From assembly GCA_902628235.1 (NCBI GenBank), contig CACOMD010000003.1, positions 2,393 through 66,392 of the forward strand: a stretch of 64,000 nt of DNA, read 5' to 3'. Made by a program: the position numbers and the translations under genes. Shown piece after piece: positions 32,940 through 44,274 of this stretch. The notes below the pieces were generated by a model, which had not been told where the DNA came from, made no database searches, and saw only the letters and a list, made by a program, of their open reading frames with translations. This DNA is from an uncultured Prochlorococcus sp. Lineage in GTDB: Bacteria > Cyanobacteriota > Cyanobacteriia > PCC-6307 > Cyanobiaceae. Within the stretch, counting starts at the first letter, position 1; the number at the start of each line of letters is the position of its first letter.

Positions 32940-33394
32940 TTTTCAATCCTCCAAATACCATCAGATGGATTCCAATCGCAAATTTCCTCTTTATTAAACC
33001 AAAGATTTATTTCAAAAGAGGCTGTATCAGGTCCATCAGAACCATGAATTATATTTCTTCCAATATTGACAGCTAGATCTCCCCTAATAGTTCCAGGCTC
33101 AGCCTCTAAAGGCTTTGTTGCACCAATCATTTTTCTAGCACTAGAAATTACACCTTCACCTTCCCAAGCCATAGCAACTACTGGGCCACTAGAAATGAAA
33201 TCAACAAGATCATTAAAAAATGGTCTTTCTTTATGAACACCATAATGTTTTTGAGCTAATTCTTTAGAAGGTATTAATTGCTTTAAAGCAACTAATTTAA
33301 AACCTTTTCTCTCAAACCTACCAATAATCTCAGAGATAAAGCCTCTTTGTACCCCATCTGGTTTTATGGCAATAAAAGTTTTCTCTTGATGCAT
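32936..33394 (-). CDS. ndk: Nucleoside diphosphate kinase
   Basis: [23 protein letters not shown]. Confidence 0.98.
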   Translation of the reverse strand: MHQEKTFIAIKPDGVQRGFISEIIGRFERKGFKLVALKQLIPSKELAQKHYGVHKERPFFNDLVDFISSGPVVAMAWEGEGVISSARKMIGATKPLEAEPGTIRGDLAVNIGRNIIHGSDGPDTASFEINLWFNKEEICDWNPSDGIWRIEN

Positions 33395-33518
33395 TTAGTA
33401 AAAAAATTCTTTATGTATATTCGTTGTTCAAGTAGCATCTTGGCAAGTATTGATTAAAATATTATTTATCTTCTACAAAAAGTTTAAGAACAACTAACTT
33501 AATAAATCAATCTATAAA

Positions 33519-35465
33519 TTGAAAAATCCTCAATCTAAAAAAACAACTAAAAATTGGACAATAAAAGACAGTAATGATTATTACAACATAGATAAATGGG
33601 GCCATAAATATTTCTGCATAAATGATCAAGGAAATATTTCAGTAGCCTCTGCAGAAAATTCAAACAAAAAGATCGATCTATATCAACTTATTCAAGAAAT
33701 AAAAAGCAGAAAAGTTAATCCTCCACTAATTATTAGATTTAATGATATCTTAAAAGATCGAATTAAAGATTTAAATAATTCTTTTGAAAAAGCCATCACA
33801 ACATATTCATATAAAAATGTTTATCAAGGAGTATTCCCAATAAAATGTAATCAACAAAAAAATTTGGTTGAAAAAATTATTAAATATGGTTCTGAATGGA
33901 ATTTTGGATTAGAAGTTGGGAGCAAATCAGAACTTATCATTGGCTTATCAAATCTTAAAAATGAAAACTCACTACTTATATGTAACGGATATAAAGATAA
34001 TAACTATATAGAAATGGCAATCCTTGCACGGAAACTGGGGAAAAAGCCAATTATTGTTATTGAACAAAGAGAAGAAGTTAAAAGAATTATTGAAGTTGCA
34101 AAAAAATTAGGGTCAACACCTTTAATTGGTATTAGATCTAAGCTTTCAAGTAAGAGTATAGGCAGATGGAGTAAATCGGTAGGAGAGAAATCTAAATTTG
34201 GACTTTCTGCTCCAGAAATTATGCTGACAATTCAAGATCTAAAGAAAGTAGATTTATTAAAAGAACTAAAACTATTACATTTTCATATTGGGAGTCAGAT
34301 CAGCGATATAAAAATTATTAAAGATGCTTTACAAGAGGCTAGTCAAATATTTGTTGAGCTTGCGAAACTTGGTGCGCCAATGGAGTTTTTAGATGTTGGT
34401 GGTGGATTAGGAATAGATTATGACGGGAGTAAGACCTCTTCAGATAATTCTACTAACTACTCTTTACAGAATTATGCAAATGATGTTGTCGCTACTATTA
34501 AAGATTCATGCGATCAAAATAATGTTAAACATCCTGTGATAATTACTGAAAGCGGGAGATCTATCACTAGCCATTGCTCTGTCTTGATTTTCAATATTCT
34601 AGGTAAAAGTAATGAAAACTATAAGATTGATGTTTCAGAATTAATAGAATCATCTCTTATCATCAAAAATCTTATTGAAACACTGAACCAATTAAAATTA
34701 AGTAGTGAAAAAGACCTAGATTTAGCAAAAATAATTGAATTATGGAATGACGCAAAAAAATTCAAAGAAGATTCTTTTAATGGATTTAGATTAGGCTTCG
34801 CTAGCCTTCAGGAAAGGGCTTTAGCAGAAAAAATACATTGGGCATGTGCGAAAGAAATCGCAAACATTATTGAAATTGAAGGTATTGAACATTCAGATTT
34901 AAAAGATATAAATAAAATTCTTGCATCAACTTATTATGCAAATTTTTCAATTTTTCAATCAACTCCAGATACCTGGGCAATTAATCAGGTTTTTCCAATT
35001 ATTCCAATTCATAGACATAAAGAAAAACCGTTAATAAATGCAACTTTCGCGGATTTGACATGTGACTCTGATGGCAAATTAAATAGTTTTATAAATAATG
35101 GAAATATCAAAACTCTTCTTAAACTGCATGAGCTAATTGATAATCAAGAATATTATATTGGTATATTCTTAGCAGGAGCATATCAAGAAGCCTTAGGCAA
35201 TCTACATAATTTATTCGGCAATACAAATATCATTCATATTGATATTAATCAGAATAATAGTTACAAGATTAGTGACATGATCAAAGAAGACAGCAAAACT
35301 GATGTTTTAAAAGTTTTCGATTATAAATCTGATGATTTAGTAGAAATGATTAGATTGAAAATTGAATCTGCTATTAGTAATGGCACTTTAACTATTGAAG
35401 AGTCTCAAAAATTATTAGCTCAGATAGAAACTAGTTTGAGAAATAGCACTTACTTATCAAGTTAA
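33519..35465 (+). CDS. speA: Biosynthetic arginine decarboxylase
   Basis: [45 protein letters not shown]. Confidence 0.96.
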   Translation: MKNPQSKKTTKNWTIKDSNDYYNIDKWGHKYFCINDQGNISVASAENSNKKIDLYQLIQEIKSRKVNPPLIIRFNDILKDRIKDLNNSFEKAITTYSYKNVYQGVFPIKCNQQKNLVEKIIKYGSEWNFGLEVGSKSELIIGLSNLKNENSLLICNGYKDNNYIEMAILARKLGKKPIIVIEQREEVKRIIEVAKKLGSTPLIGIRSKLSSKSIGRWSKSVGEKSKFGLSAPEIMLTIQDLKKVDLLKELKLLHFHIGSQISDIKIIKDALQEASQIFVELAKLGAPMEFLDVGGGLGIDYDGSKTSSDNSTNYSLQNYANDVVATIKDSCDQNNVKHPVIITESGRSITSHCSVLIFNILGKSNENYKIDVSELIESSLIIKNLIETLNQLKLSSEKDLDLAKIIELWNDAKKFKEDSFNGFRLGFASLQERALAEKIHWACAKEIANIIEIEGIEHSDLKDINKILASTYYANFSIFQSTPDTWAINQVFPIIPIHRHKEKPLINATFADLTCDSDGKLNSFINNGNIKTLLKLHELIDNQEYYIGIFLAGAYQEALGNLHNLFGNTNIIHIDINQNNSYKISDMIKEDSKTDVLKVFDYKSDDLVEMIRLKIESAISNGTLTIEESQKLLAQIETSLRNSTYLSS

Positions 35466-38110
35466 TTATTTAAATTTTCTAACAAGAAATCCTTGGCATA
35501 TTTCAAGGCCTCATCAATTTTTTCAACATTTTTAGCTCCTGCTTGGGCAATACTTGGTTTACCTCCTCCACCTCCTGTACAAATTGCAGCAATATTATTA
35601 ACGATTGTACCTGCGTGAAAACCTCTTCTGACCAAATCACTACCCAGAGATACTACAAATAAGAGCTTTTTATGTCTCTCATCAGGAATTCCACCAATAA
35701 TAACAGCACTATTTGACCCAAGTTTAGAAATTAAATTTAGGCCTGCAGACTGCAACATATTTCCATCTAATCCATCTAGTTGATGGATTATTGTTGAGCA
35801 AGAAGAAATTTTTTTAACAGAGGAGATTAAAGCCATATATTTGAGAGAAGCTAATTCAGAGTTTATTTTTTTAATCTCTTTATTTTTATTAGTTAATTCA
35901 ACCTGAAGTGCACTTACTCTTTCAAATAATTGATTTGCGTTAGATTTTAATAAATCATTTAATTTATTTATTACTGTAATATTTTCACTCAAATAAGATA
36001 ATATTGACTGTCCAGATAAAGCCTCAATTCTTCTTATGCCAGAGGATATACCAATTTCGCTTATTATTTTAAAGCATCCCAATTCTGATGTTCTTTTAAC
36101 ATGAGTACCTCCACAAAGCTCCATAGAAACACCTGGGACATCAACTACTCTTACAATTTCGCCATATTTTTCTCCAAACATTGCTAATGCTCCTGCTTTT
36201 AAAGCATCATCTTTCTTCATCGTTTTTATATAAATAGAATGATTCTCCAAAATCCATTTATTTACAAGCTTTTCAATATCCAAAATTTGACTTTCTGAAA
36301 CAGGATTAAGCGAATTAAAATCAAATCTTAATTTATTAAAAGCGACCATCGATCCTCTTTGGCTAACACTTTCATCAACTACAAGTTTTAGTGCTGACTG
36401 TAACAAATGTGTAGCAGTATGATTTGATTCGGCCTTTATTCTTTTAGATTTATCAACTCTAGTTTCTACAAGCTGATTTATTTTTATATTTCCTCTTTGA
36501 ATAATTCCATAATGTAAAAAAACATCTTTTTTCTTTATTACTTTTTCTACTAATATTTCCGTATTATCTGAAATTATTAACCCAACATCACCAATTTGTC
36601 CTCCAGACTCAGCATAAAAGGAGGTTTGATTTAAAACAATTTGTACAGTTTCACCTTGAGAAGCATTTTCTACAGAATTTGAATTGATAAATATTCCCTT
36701 TATTTTCCCCTCGGTATTTAATAATTCATACCCCACGAAATTTGTTTTTTCAAATAATTCAATATCTCTCTCGATAGATCCCTCTAAGGTTAAATCAATT
36801 GTTTGAGAGGCAGCCTTAGCTCTTTCTCTTTGAGAGTTCATTTCTCTTTCAAAACCTTTTAGATCAACCTCTATATTTTTTTCATCTAAAATCTCTTTTG
36901 TAAGTTCCAAAGGAAATCCATAAGTATCGTAAAGCTCAAAAGCTTGAGTTCCAGAAATTAATTTCACTCCAGAAGCAATAATTTCATTTAATAACTTTTC
37001 ACCTCGCTCTAAAGTATTAAGAAATCTTTGTTCTTCAATATCTATCTCACTAAAAATTCTTTGTGAATTATTCTTCAATTCAGGATATGTATTCTTCATA
37101 AGTTGAATACCAACTAATGCTAATTTAGAAATAAATTTATCTTTTATACCTAATAATTTTCCATGTCTTATCATTCTTCTTAGCAATCTGCGTAATATAT
37201 AACCTCTACCTAAATTACTTGCAATGACACCATCAGAAATTAAATGGATAATAGCTCTCGTGTGATCACCAAGTATTTTTAAAGATGCTTTTTGAGTAGA
37301 ATTCGCAGAGAAATAATCAATTTTTGATAACTCGGATGATTTTTCAATAATAGGGAATATTAAATCTGTTTCATAATTATTTTTCTTTTGTTGAAGTATT
37401 TGAGCCATACGTTCTAAGCCCATTCCCGTATCAATATTTTTATATTTGAGATCAGTCAATATACCAGCAGGATCACGATTATATTGCATGAAGACTAAAT
37501 TATAAAATTCTATAAATCGATCATCATCATCTAAATCAATATCATTCATTCCTCTTTCAGGATAAAAATCATAATAAAGCTCTGAACATGGGCCACATGG
37601 TCCAGTTGGTCCAGAAGACCAAAAATTATCCTTTTCCCCTAATTGGATAATTTTTTCTGTTTCTATACCAATATTTTCTTCCCATATCTTTTTTGATTCT
37701 GAATCTTTATTGAAAACACTTATTACAATATTCTTTCTATCTAAATGATAAACATTAGTCACTAATTCCCATGCCCATTCGATTGCATCTCTTTTAAAAT
37801 AATCACCAAATGAAAAATTTCCCAACATTTCAAAGAAAGTATGATGCCTTGCAGTTACTCCAACATTCTCTATGTCATTAGTCCTAATACATTTCTGACT
37901 TGAGGTGGCTCTGTTTGATGGTTTTTCTTTTAAACCAAGAAAAACAGATTTAAAAGGAAGCATCCCAGCAATCGTAAGTAAAACAGTAGGATCTTCAGGT
38001 ATTAATGATGAACTTGGGATAACTTTATGCGCCTTTTTTTCATAAAACTCTAAAAAGGCCTTTCTTATTTCATCTCCAGACTTAGGATATTTGTGAATAA
38101 AAGTTGCCAT
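35462..38110 (-). CDS. alaS: Alanine--tRNA ligase
   Basis: [42 protein letters not shown]. Confidence 0.98.
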   Translation of the reverse strand: MATFIHKYPKSGDEIRKAFLEFYEKKAHKVIPSSSLIPEDPTVLLTIAGMLPFKSVFLGLKEKPSNRATSSQKCIRTNDIENVGVTARHHTFFEMLGNFSFGDYFKRDAIEWAWELVTNVYHLDRKNIVISVFNKDSESKKIWEENIGIETEKIIQLGEKDNFWSSGPTGPCGPCSELYYDFYPERGMNDIDLDDDDRFIEFYNLVFMQYNRDPAGILTDLKYKNIDTGMGLERMAQILQQKKNNYETDLIFPIIEKSSELSKIDYFSANSTQKASLKILGDHTRAIIHLISDGVIASNLGRGYILRRLLRRMIRHGKLLGIKDKFISKLALVGIQLMKNTYPELKNNSQRIFSEIDIEEQRFLNTLERGEKLLNEIIASGVKLISGTQAFELYDTYGFPLELTKEILDEKNIEVDLKGFEREMNSQRERAKAASQTIDLTLEGSIERDIELFEKTNFVGYELLNTEGKIKGIFINSNSVENASQGETVQIVLNQTSFYAESGGQIGDVGLIISDNTEILVEKVIKKKDVFLHYGIIQRGNIKINQLVETRVDKSKRIKAESNHTATHLLQSALKLVVDESVSQRGSMVAFNKLRFDFNSLNPVSESQILDIEKLVNKWILENHSIYIKTMKKDDALKAGALAMFGEKYGEIVRVVDVPGVSMELCGGTHVKRTSELGCFKIISEIGISSGIRRIEALSGQSILSYLSENITVINKLNDLLKSNANQLFERVSALQVELTNKNKEIKKINSELASLKYMALISSVKKISSCSTIIHQLDGLDGNMLQSAGLNLISKLGSNSAVIIGGIPDERHKKLLFVVSLGSDLVRRGFHAGTIVNNIAAICTGGGGGKPSIAQAGAKNVEKIDEALKYAKDFLLENLNN

Positions 38111-38230
38111 TTATAGATCAGGTTGTGAATTAAATAATTAAGAAATACACAATTTCTTGAATTTCATCACGAATATCACGCGAAACTATATTCTACTGAA
38201 CTAAAGTTAATAAATAAAGTTTTTTGTATT

Positions 38231-40006
38231 ATGTTATCTTCTACAAAAACCGAGGCTTCAAGTTTGTCACATGTTGATCAAAAGTTATCTGTGCAATGCA
38301 AAACATTTTCAATTGATACTACTGCTATAAGATCATTAGATTGGGATAGAAGTCGATTTGATATTGAATTTGGTTTAAGAAACGGAACAACTTACAATAG
38401 TTTCATAATTGAAGGAAAGAAAACAGCTGTTATTGATACTAGTCATTCTAAATTTGAAAAACTATGGCTTGAAAGTTTAATTCAACAAATTAACCCTAAA
38501 AATATAAGTTATTTAATTTCCAGTCATACTGAACCCGATCATTCAGGCCTTATATCAGACTTATTAGATTTAAATTCTGAAATTATTATTGTTGGATCAA
38601 AAATCGCACTTAAATTTATTGAAGATCAAATACATAGACCGTTTAATAGACTAGAAGTTAAAAGTGGAGATTTTTTAGAACTAGGTGTTAATAACGAAAG
38701 CGGTGTAGATCACAAAATAGAATTTATTAGTGCTCCTAACTTACATTGGCCAGATACAATATTCTCGTTTGATCATGGAACAAATATTCTTTATACCTGT
38801 GATGCATTCGGACTACACTATTGTTCAAATGAATTTTTCGATTTAAATCAAAAAGAAATTTTTAAGGATTTTCGCTTTTATTATGATTGTTTGATGGGTC
38901 CAAATGCGAGAAGTGTTGTACAAGCTATAAAAAAAATTGACAAATTACCTGAACTCAAAGCCATAGCAGTTGGTCATGGACCTATACTTCAAAATCACGT
39001 CAATTTTTGGAAAGATAAATATTCAGAATGGAGTAACAATAAAAATAAAGGTAATGATTACGTTGCTGTATGTTACATAAGTGATTATGGATTTTGTGAT
39101 CGATTAAGCCAAGCATTATCTCATGGTATTGGCAAAGCTGATGCTCAAGTTCAACTGGTCGATTTAAGATCCTCTGATCCACAAGAATTAACTGCATTAA
39201 TTACAGAAGCAAAAGCAGTTGTAATTCCTACATGGCCTAATAATCCGGATATTGAGATACAAGAATCAGTTGGTACCCTGTTTGCAGCTTTAAAACCAAA
39301 ACAATTTACTGCGACATACGACTCCTTTGGAGGTAATGATGAGCCAATAGATTCTTTAGCAAATAAATTAAGAGAATTAAAACAAAAAGAAGCACTTGCT
39401 CCTCTTAGAGTAAAAGAAAAGCCTAGTCCAATCATTTATCAAAAGTTTGAGGAGGCAGGGACAGATCTTGGTCAATTAATTAATAAGAAAAAAAATATTG
39501 CTACGATCAAAAATCTTGATGCAAATCTTGACAGAGCACTAGGGCGCTTAAGTGGAGGTTTATATGTTGTCACAGCAAGCGAAGGGTCAGATGAGACTTT
39601 AAGACAAAGTGCTATGGTTGCTAGCTGGGTTAGTCAAGCAAGTTTCTCCCCTCCTGGCATTACAGTTGCTGTTGCAAAAGACAGAGCGATTGAATCCTTT
39701 ATGCAAGTAAATAAAACTTTTGTAATTAATATTTTAAGAGAAGATAATTTTCAAAAAATGTTTAGACATTTTTTGAAAAGATTTGCTCCAGGTGCTGATA
39801 GATTTGCTGATGTAGATATTATTAAAGATTTAGCCAAAGGTGGGCCAGTATTATCAGATGCTTTAGCTTTCCTTGATTGCAAAGTTGTCTCGAGATTAGA
39901 GACTCCTGACCATTGGATCATTTATGGCATTGTAGAAAATGGAAGTGTCTCTGACCTCACTTGCAAAACTGCAGTCCATCATAGAAAAGTTGCAAATCAC
40001 TACTAG
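38231..40006 (+). CDS. flv3: Flavodiiron protein, canonical di-iron type (Flv3-like)
   Basis: SHTEPDHSG, LHWPD, CDAFG, flavodoxin and flavin-reductase domains; the last three codons form the left att repeat. Confidence 0.9.
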   Translation: MLSSTKTEASSLSHVDQKLSVQCKTFSIDTTAIRSLDWDRSRFDIEFGLRNGTTYNSFIIEGKKTAVIDTSHSKFEKLWLESLIQQINPKNISYLISSHTEPDHSGLISDLLDLNSEIIIVGSKIALKFIEDQIHRPFNRLEVKSGDFLELGVNNESGVDHKIEFISAPNLHWPDTIFSFDHGTNILYTCDAFGLHYCSNEFFDLNQKEIFKDFRFYYDCLMGPNARSVVQAIKKIDKLPELKAIAVGHGPILQNHVNFWKDKYSEWSNNKNKGNDYVAVCYISDYGFCDRLSQALSHGIGKADAQVQLVDLRSSDPQELTALITEAKAVVIPTWPNNPDIEIQESVGTLFAALKPKQFTATYDSFGGNDEPIDSLANKLRELKQKEALAPLRVKEKPSPIIYQKFEEAGTDLGQLINKKKNIATIKNLDANLDRALGRLSGGLYVVTASEGSDETLRQSAMVASWVSQASFSPPGITVAVAKDRAIESFMQVNKTFVINILREDNFQKMFRHFLKRFAPGADRFADVDIIKDLAKGGPVLSDALAFLDCKVVSRLETPDHWIIYGIVENGSVSDLTCKTAVHHRKVANHY

Positions 40007-40070
40007 ACATTACTTTTCAGTTATAAACCAGTAAATCCCAGTCATATCAACCATAGTCACAGTCATTAAT

Positions 40071-40133
40071 TGTGATGAAACTGTAATGAAAATGTTAATT
40101 AGGACTTAAATGTTTTAGGACATTTAATGAAAC
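40071..40133. repeat. Arm-type repeats, left end of the flv element
   Basis: TGTGATGAAAC TGTAATGAAAA tandem (40071-40092) and TTTAATGAAAC (40123). Confidence 0.7.
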
Positions 40134-40189
40134 TTTATTGCATTTTGATGGTTGAAAAATGTTAGTAACCTCTAAATTGCAACATTAGT

Positions 40190-41659
40190 ATGGATAACAC
40201 TGAAGCACTTTCAATGATGCTCAAAGGAATGGACTTTGATGCTGAAGACCTAATGAGAGTAGTTTCTGCTTTAGGTGAAATAAAAAAGAAAAAAGATGAA
40301 AAAAAAGAAGAGGAAGGAAACAAGTTTAGTGTTGATAAAACATTTATTTTAGGAAAAGATGATTGCTGGATTTACAGAGACAATAGAACAAAAGCAAAGT
40401 GGTGGTATATCAAAATCTATGAGAGCAGATTTAGAAAAACTTGGAGTAAGTCATTAAAAACAACCAATAAAACAGTTGCTATTGCACTTGCTGAGGAGAT
40501 GTATGCAGATAGAAGAGGAAGATTATCAGTTGGTGCTAGACCTGTCTCAATAACCTCAAGAGAGTTAGTGAAGATGTATGAGAATGAGAGAAGAAAGGAG
40601 ATTACTGACTTACAACAGATGGGTATTACACCAACATCATTTGACAGATTATGTGGGCAAATACAGCACTGGATTAACTACACCAAAATGTGTGGGCACT
40701 ACAATACAAAAATTGAAAACATTCCAAGAGAATTAGGAGTTCAATTTGCCCACTATATTCAAAATCTAAAGAAAACAAATGACTTTAAAAAACCTAGAAG
40801 AAGTAATCAAACAACAAATCATATTGTTTGTGCAGTTAAAAAAATGTATAAGTTTGCCAATGATCTAAACTACATTACCAAATCTGAAATACCTAATTTC
40901 AAATACCTAAAAGTAGGTAGAGAAACTGCACCTAAAAGAGATATTTTGACTAAAGAAGAAAAAGAAAAAATCACTAGATGGATCCAATACAAATACTGTA
41001 ATGAAAAGGGGATTACCAGAAAAGAACAGATCAAAAGGAGGATATTTCAGCAGTATTGGACTATGAGTCATTTGATGGGCACCAGACCTATTGAGATCAT
41101 CAAAATGAAATGGTGTGATATTAGTATCAATCAAAAAGATGATGAGTTTGGCAAAAAGTTTAATAGAGTAATTCATATACCTTCTGAAAATAGTAAGACA
41201 GGAAAATCAAGAGATATAGTTGCTCCTATTGCTGATAATTTAAAAATCTTGAAGAAATGGTATAAGCAAAAACCTTTTGAACTAGACCCACAACCAAATC
41301 ATTATATTTTTCCAAAATTAACTTTGACAGATATTAAAAATAATATTCCTACTACAAGAGTTGCTTTAGAAAAAAGATTAAAAGCAGTGATGAAAGGTAG
41401 TGAAGAAGATGGAGTTTGGGATAGTCAAGGTAGAAGGATTCAACTTTACCAAAGTAGGCACTGGCATATTACTGATGCCATCATGAGAGATGTTCCAATC
41501 TATGATATTGCCCTTAACTGTGGGACTTCAGATACCTATATCAACCAAACTTACAGTCATGTGACCACTAAAATGAGAAGTAGTGTCATTACTAAAAATC
41601 AGGGTGCACATAGCATGAAAGAAGAGACAAAGAAAAAGATTTTAGAAGCATCAAGATAG
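40190..41659 (+). CDS. Tyrosine recombinase/integrase
   Basis: N-terminal arm-binding-like region (WYIKIY...KSLKTTNKTVA); catalytic R (GTRPIE), K (SKTGK), YQSRH, CGTS, Tyr in TYSH. Confidence 0.9.
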   Translation: MDNTEALSMMLKGMDFDAEDLMRVVSALGEIKKKKDEKKEEEGNKFSVDKTFILGKDDCWIYRDNRTKAKWWYIKIYESRFRKTWSKSLKTTNKTVAIALAEEMYADRRGRLSVGARPVSITSRELVKMYENERRKEITDLQQMGITPTSFDRLCGQIQHWINYTKMCGHYNTKIENIPRELGVQFAHYIQNLKKTNDFKKPRRSNQTTNHIVCAVKKMYKFANDLNYITKSEIPNFKYLKVGRETAPKRDILTKEEKEKITRWIQYKYCNEKGITRKEQIKRRIFQQYWTMSHLMGTRPIEIIKMKWCDISINQKDDEFGKKFNRVIHIPSENSKTGKSRDIVAPIADNLKILKKWYKQKPFELDPQPNHYIFPKLTLTDIKNNIPTTRVALEKRLKAVMKGSEEDGVWDSQGRRIQLYQSRHWHITDAIMRDVPIYDIALNCGTSDTYINQTYSHVTTKMRSSVITKNQGAHSMKEETKKKILEASR

Positions 41660-41670
41660 GTAGAAAAGTA

Positions 41671-41910
41671 ATGACAAAAAGACCTAAACCAAAAAATAGA
41701 ACAAACAAATTAAAAGATTCTGGAAGTTCAATCCCTATCAATCATCTAGTAAATGATGCAGATAAAGTGGTTTATTTCCTCATTGAAAGTGGGATGGCAT
41801 ATCTAGCAATAGGAAATTGGATGAAAAGGTTCCCAGATGATTACAAAGGAGTAGTTGTTAAAACCAAAGAGACCTTTGGAAAATTGAGAAAAGAGATTCA
41901 AAAAAATTGA
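41671..41910 (+). CDS. Hypothetical basic protein downstream of the integrase
   Basis: 79-aa ORF starting 11 nt after the int stop. Confidence 0.6.
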   Translation: MTKRPKPKNRTNKLKDSGSSIPINHLVNDADKVVYFLIESGMAYLAIGNWMKRFPDDYKGVVVKTKETFGKLRKEIQKN

Positions 41911-41968
41911 TATTTTTAACTAAAGTTATTTAACTCCACTAATAAATGCTTATTATTGATGAGCTTAA

Positions 41969-42568
41969 TTAAAATTTGGCATACTTTTCACAAAGCTTTC
42001 TTTCTAATCTAATTCCTACCATTATCTCTTTAAAAAGCTTAGAGTCATATTTCTCAAGATCATTCCACATATCCTTTACTTCTTTATTTAAGTCAGGATT
42101 AAAACAAGCAACTTCTGCTGATTCCAAGACTCTTTTTTCACCATTTAAATTTTTATAAACTGGTTTATATCTAATCTTTACCCAATGTATTCCAGCCAAA
42201 ATCTCATTCTCATATTTTTTTAATGACAAATTCATTTGATTAAGAATGGAATCATATTTTGCTTGATATTTATTCTTTGTTTCTTCTGGCTTATAAATAT
42301 CTAAACATTGCTCAGTACTTAAACTTCCATCATCACAATTTTCAAAAGCACTGTTATTTTGTTCAATAAAACCCAAATAACTATTTGCCCTAGATTCTTG
42401 TAGAACCTTAAATTTAATCAGGAAATCATCTTTATCATAGGAGGTTGTAATAACTGTATTCTCAGGAACATAATAAGATTCACCAGCATCTGTCTTAACA
42501 CTTAGATCACTTGTGCAACTAGTTAAAGACAACAAAAAAGGTAGTAAAAATATACTTCTGAATTTCAT
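41969..42568 (-). CDS. Predicted lipoprotein (element cargo)
   Basis: MKFRSIFLLPFLLSLTS-C lipobox. Confidence 0.75.
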   Translation of the reverse strand: MKFRSIFLLPFLLSLTSCTSDLSVKTDAGESYYVPENTVITTSYDKDDFLIKFKVLQESRANSYLGFIEQNNSAFENCDDGSLSTEQCLDIYKPEETKNKYQAKYDSILNQMNLSLKKYENEILAGIHWVKIRYKPVYKNLNGEKRVLESAEVACFNPDLNKEVKDMWNDLEKYDSKLFKEIMVGIRLERKLCEKYAKF

Positions 42569-42759
42569 CTATTAGAGGAAAATTAATGCATTCATATTAA
42601 TTTCAGATGAAATTAATATCAATCATACTTTTTACTTTATTATGTATTTTCCAAAATCAAAAAATGAAAAAATAGCAGAAATTATTTCTTAAAAATGGAA
42701 TATACAAGAAATTAATTATTTGACAGTTGATATAAGATGGGAGCAATTATTTTTACTTT

Positions 42760-43287
42760 ATGTCTTCAGATAAAAAACCATTATCTAGAAAAAAGAGAGG
42801 TTATCTATTAGCAATATTAGGAGGAAGTTTTGGGGGTCCTTTTGGGTGGATTACATCTCCATTAGTCTTGTATTTTTTAAATAAAAAAGTTAAATCAAAG
42901 GATGGATCTCAACCAAATATTTTTAAATTATGGGGATTGCTAGGAATAATTGGAGCACCCATAAGTTTATGTCTTGTTCTACTACTACCTATTCCTGAAG
43001 AAACTAAAAAAGCAGACTCAAATAAAGATTTTTTTGTGACCAAAGAAATGTATGGAGAAAAATGGCCCTTTACTGTTGATGAAGGTGCTGTCTTCTGTAA
43101 AGGTAATTCAATTTATTTTGGACATAAAGGAAAGTTCTATGCCCTTAATGGGACTGCAAAAGCACAATTTGGATATCCTTTCCCTGATGCTATTTGGAAA
43201 GCAGACCCTAGACCAGAAATGGCAAAATATGGTCTAAAGATTCCAACTACAGCAATTGATGAAAAAGCAAGAAGTCTATGCAAATAA
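42760..43287 (+). CDS. Membrane protein with C-terminal DUF2511/YebY-like domain
   Basis: Two hydrophobic segments, then WPFTVDEG...C...YALNGTA...IW..DP...GLKI...LC; family match is by eye. Confidence 0.65.
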   Translation: MSSDKKPLSRKKRGYLLAILGGSFGGPFGWITSPLVLYFLNKKVKSKDGSQPNIFKLWGLLGIIGAPISLCLVLLLPIPEETKKADSNKDFFVTKEMYGEKWPFTVDEGAVFCKGNSIYFGHKGKFYALNGTAKAQFGYPFPDAIWKADPRPEMAKYGLKIPTTAIDEKARSLCK

Positions 43288-43389
43288 TTTCATAAAATAG
43301 CATCATATCCCCCCAGAACTACTAGCAGAACTAGATTTTACCCCTCTCAGATGCCCCTAGAAGGTGCTTCTAAATCTTCTCCTGTATAT

Positions 43390-43524
43390 TTAATCCTTTA
43401 GTTCATCATTTAATTCTGGTGGTTTCCTCTTTATCTTTGAACCTTTTGGTCTTCCAGCATTTTTAATTGGAAATGCAGCCCCATACTTATGACAAGAAGT
43501 TGTATTCTTTATATTTTTACTCAT
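43390..43524 (-). CDS. 44-aa micro-ORF with GRPKGSK (AT-hook / small-terminase-N-terminus-like) motif
   Basis: Manual ORF MSKNIKNTTSCHKYGAAFPIKNAGRPKGSKIKRKPPELNDELKD*; perfect AGGAGGT RBS 5 nt upstream. Confidence 0.65.
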   Translation of the reverse strand: MSKNIKNTTSCHKYGAAFPIKNAGRPKGSKIKRKPPELNDELKD

Positions 43525-43789
43525 AAGTTACCTCCTATTAGTAACATTTCTTCATAAAAGTATGACTTTTATATAAAACTTGTATAAATCCCTTTGTGGG
43601 TTTTGATGAGGATATTAGAACCTTATAGAGACTCTAAAGAATACTTAAAGAACCTGTAGAAAGCAGTTAAGGCAATTAATGTATAAACTTACTAAATACT
43701 TATACCTTTCTAATTGTGGTTAAATTCCTCTTCTAAGACTTCAATCATTAATTAAAAAGATAATCAACAGAATTATTTAAATAAATAAA

Positions 43790-43975
43790 ATGAATACTTT
43801 AGATATACAAACAAAAAGAATTATCTCCTATGGAGCATATGAAGCACAAAGTTTAATCAAGAAGGAAGAATTTCTTATGAATCATTTTGAAACCAACAGG
43901 TCAGGATTGTTTAAAACACTCCTTAGAAAAACATATGAACAAGTTCAACTACAAATGATATGTTCAAGCAAATAA
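43790..43975 (+). CDS. Small putative DNA-binding (ribbon-helix-helix-like) protein
   Basis: KRIISY strand, then two helices including NRSGLFKTLLR. Confidence 0.55.
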   Translation: MNTLDIQTKRIISYGAYEAQSLIKKEEFLMNHFETNRSGLFKTLLRKTYEQVQLQMICSSK

Positions 43976-44085
43976 AGATCACCAAGATAATCTATGAAAT
44001 GGCAGAGGAGATTGCAAAGAAAAAGAGAAAGAAGATAGAAAATCTAATTGAAGATTACATAAAAGAAGAATGGAGAAGACTTTAA
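43960..44085 (+). CDS. 41-aa ribbon-helix-helix-like protein
   Basis: Manual ORF MFKQIKITKIIYEMAEEIAKKKRKKIENLIEDYIKEEWRRL*, overlapping the upstream ORF. Confidence 0.6.
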   Translation: MFKQIKITKIIYEMAEEIAKKKRKKIENLIEDYIKEEWRRL

Positions 44086-44274
44086 AGATGATGCTAAAGG
44101 TATCCTTGCTGACAACAAAGGTGGAAGCAAGCAATGAAGGAAATGAAGTAATCTCTCTTATAAAAAATCTTTAAAGGTAATCTATAAAACATTTCCTTAT
44201 CCATAAAAAAATTCCTGAGAAAAAATTGAAGGATGAATAGGATTTGATTATTATTTGATCAATAAAAATATTCC

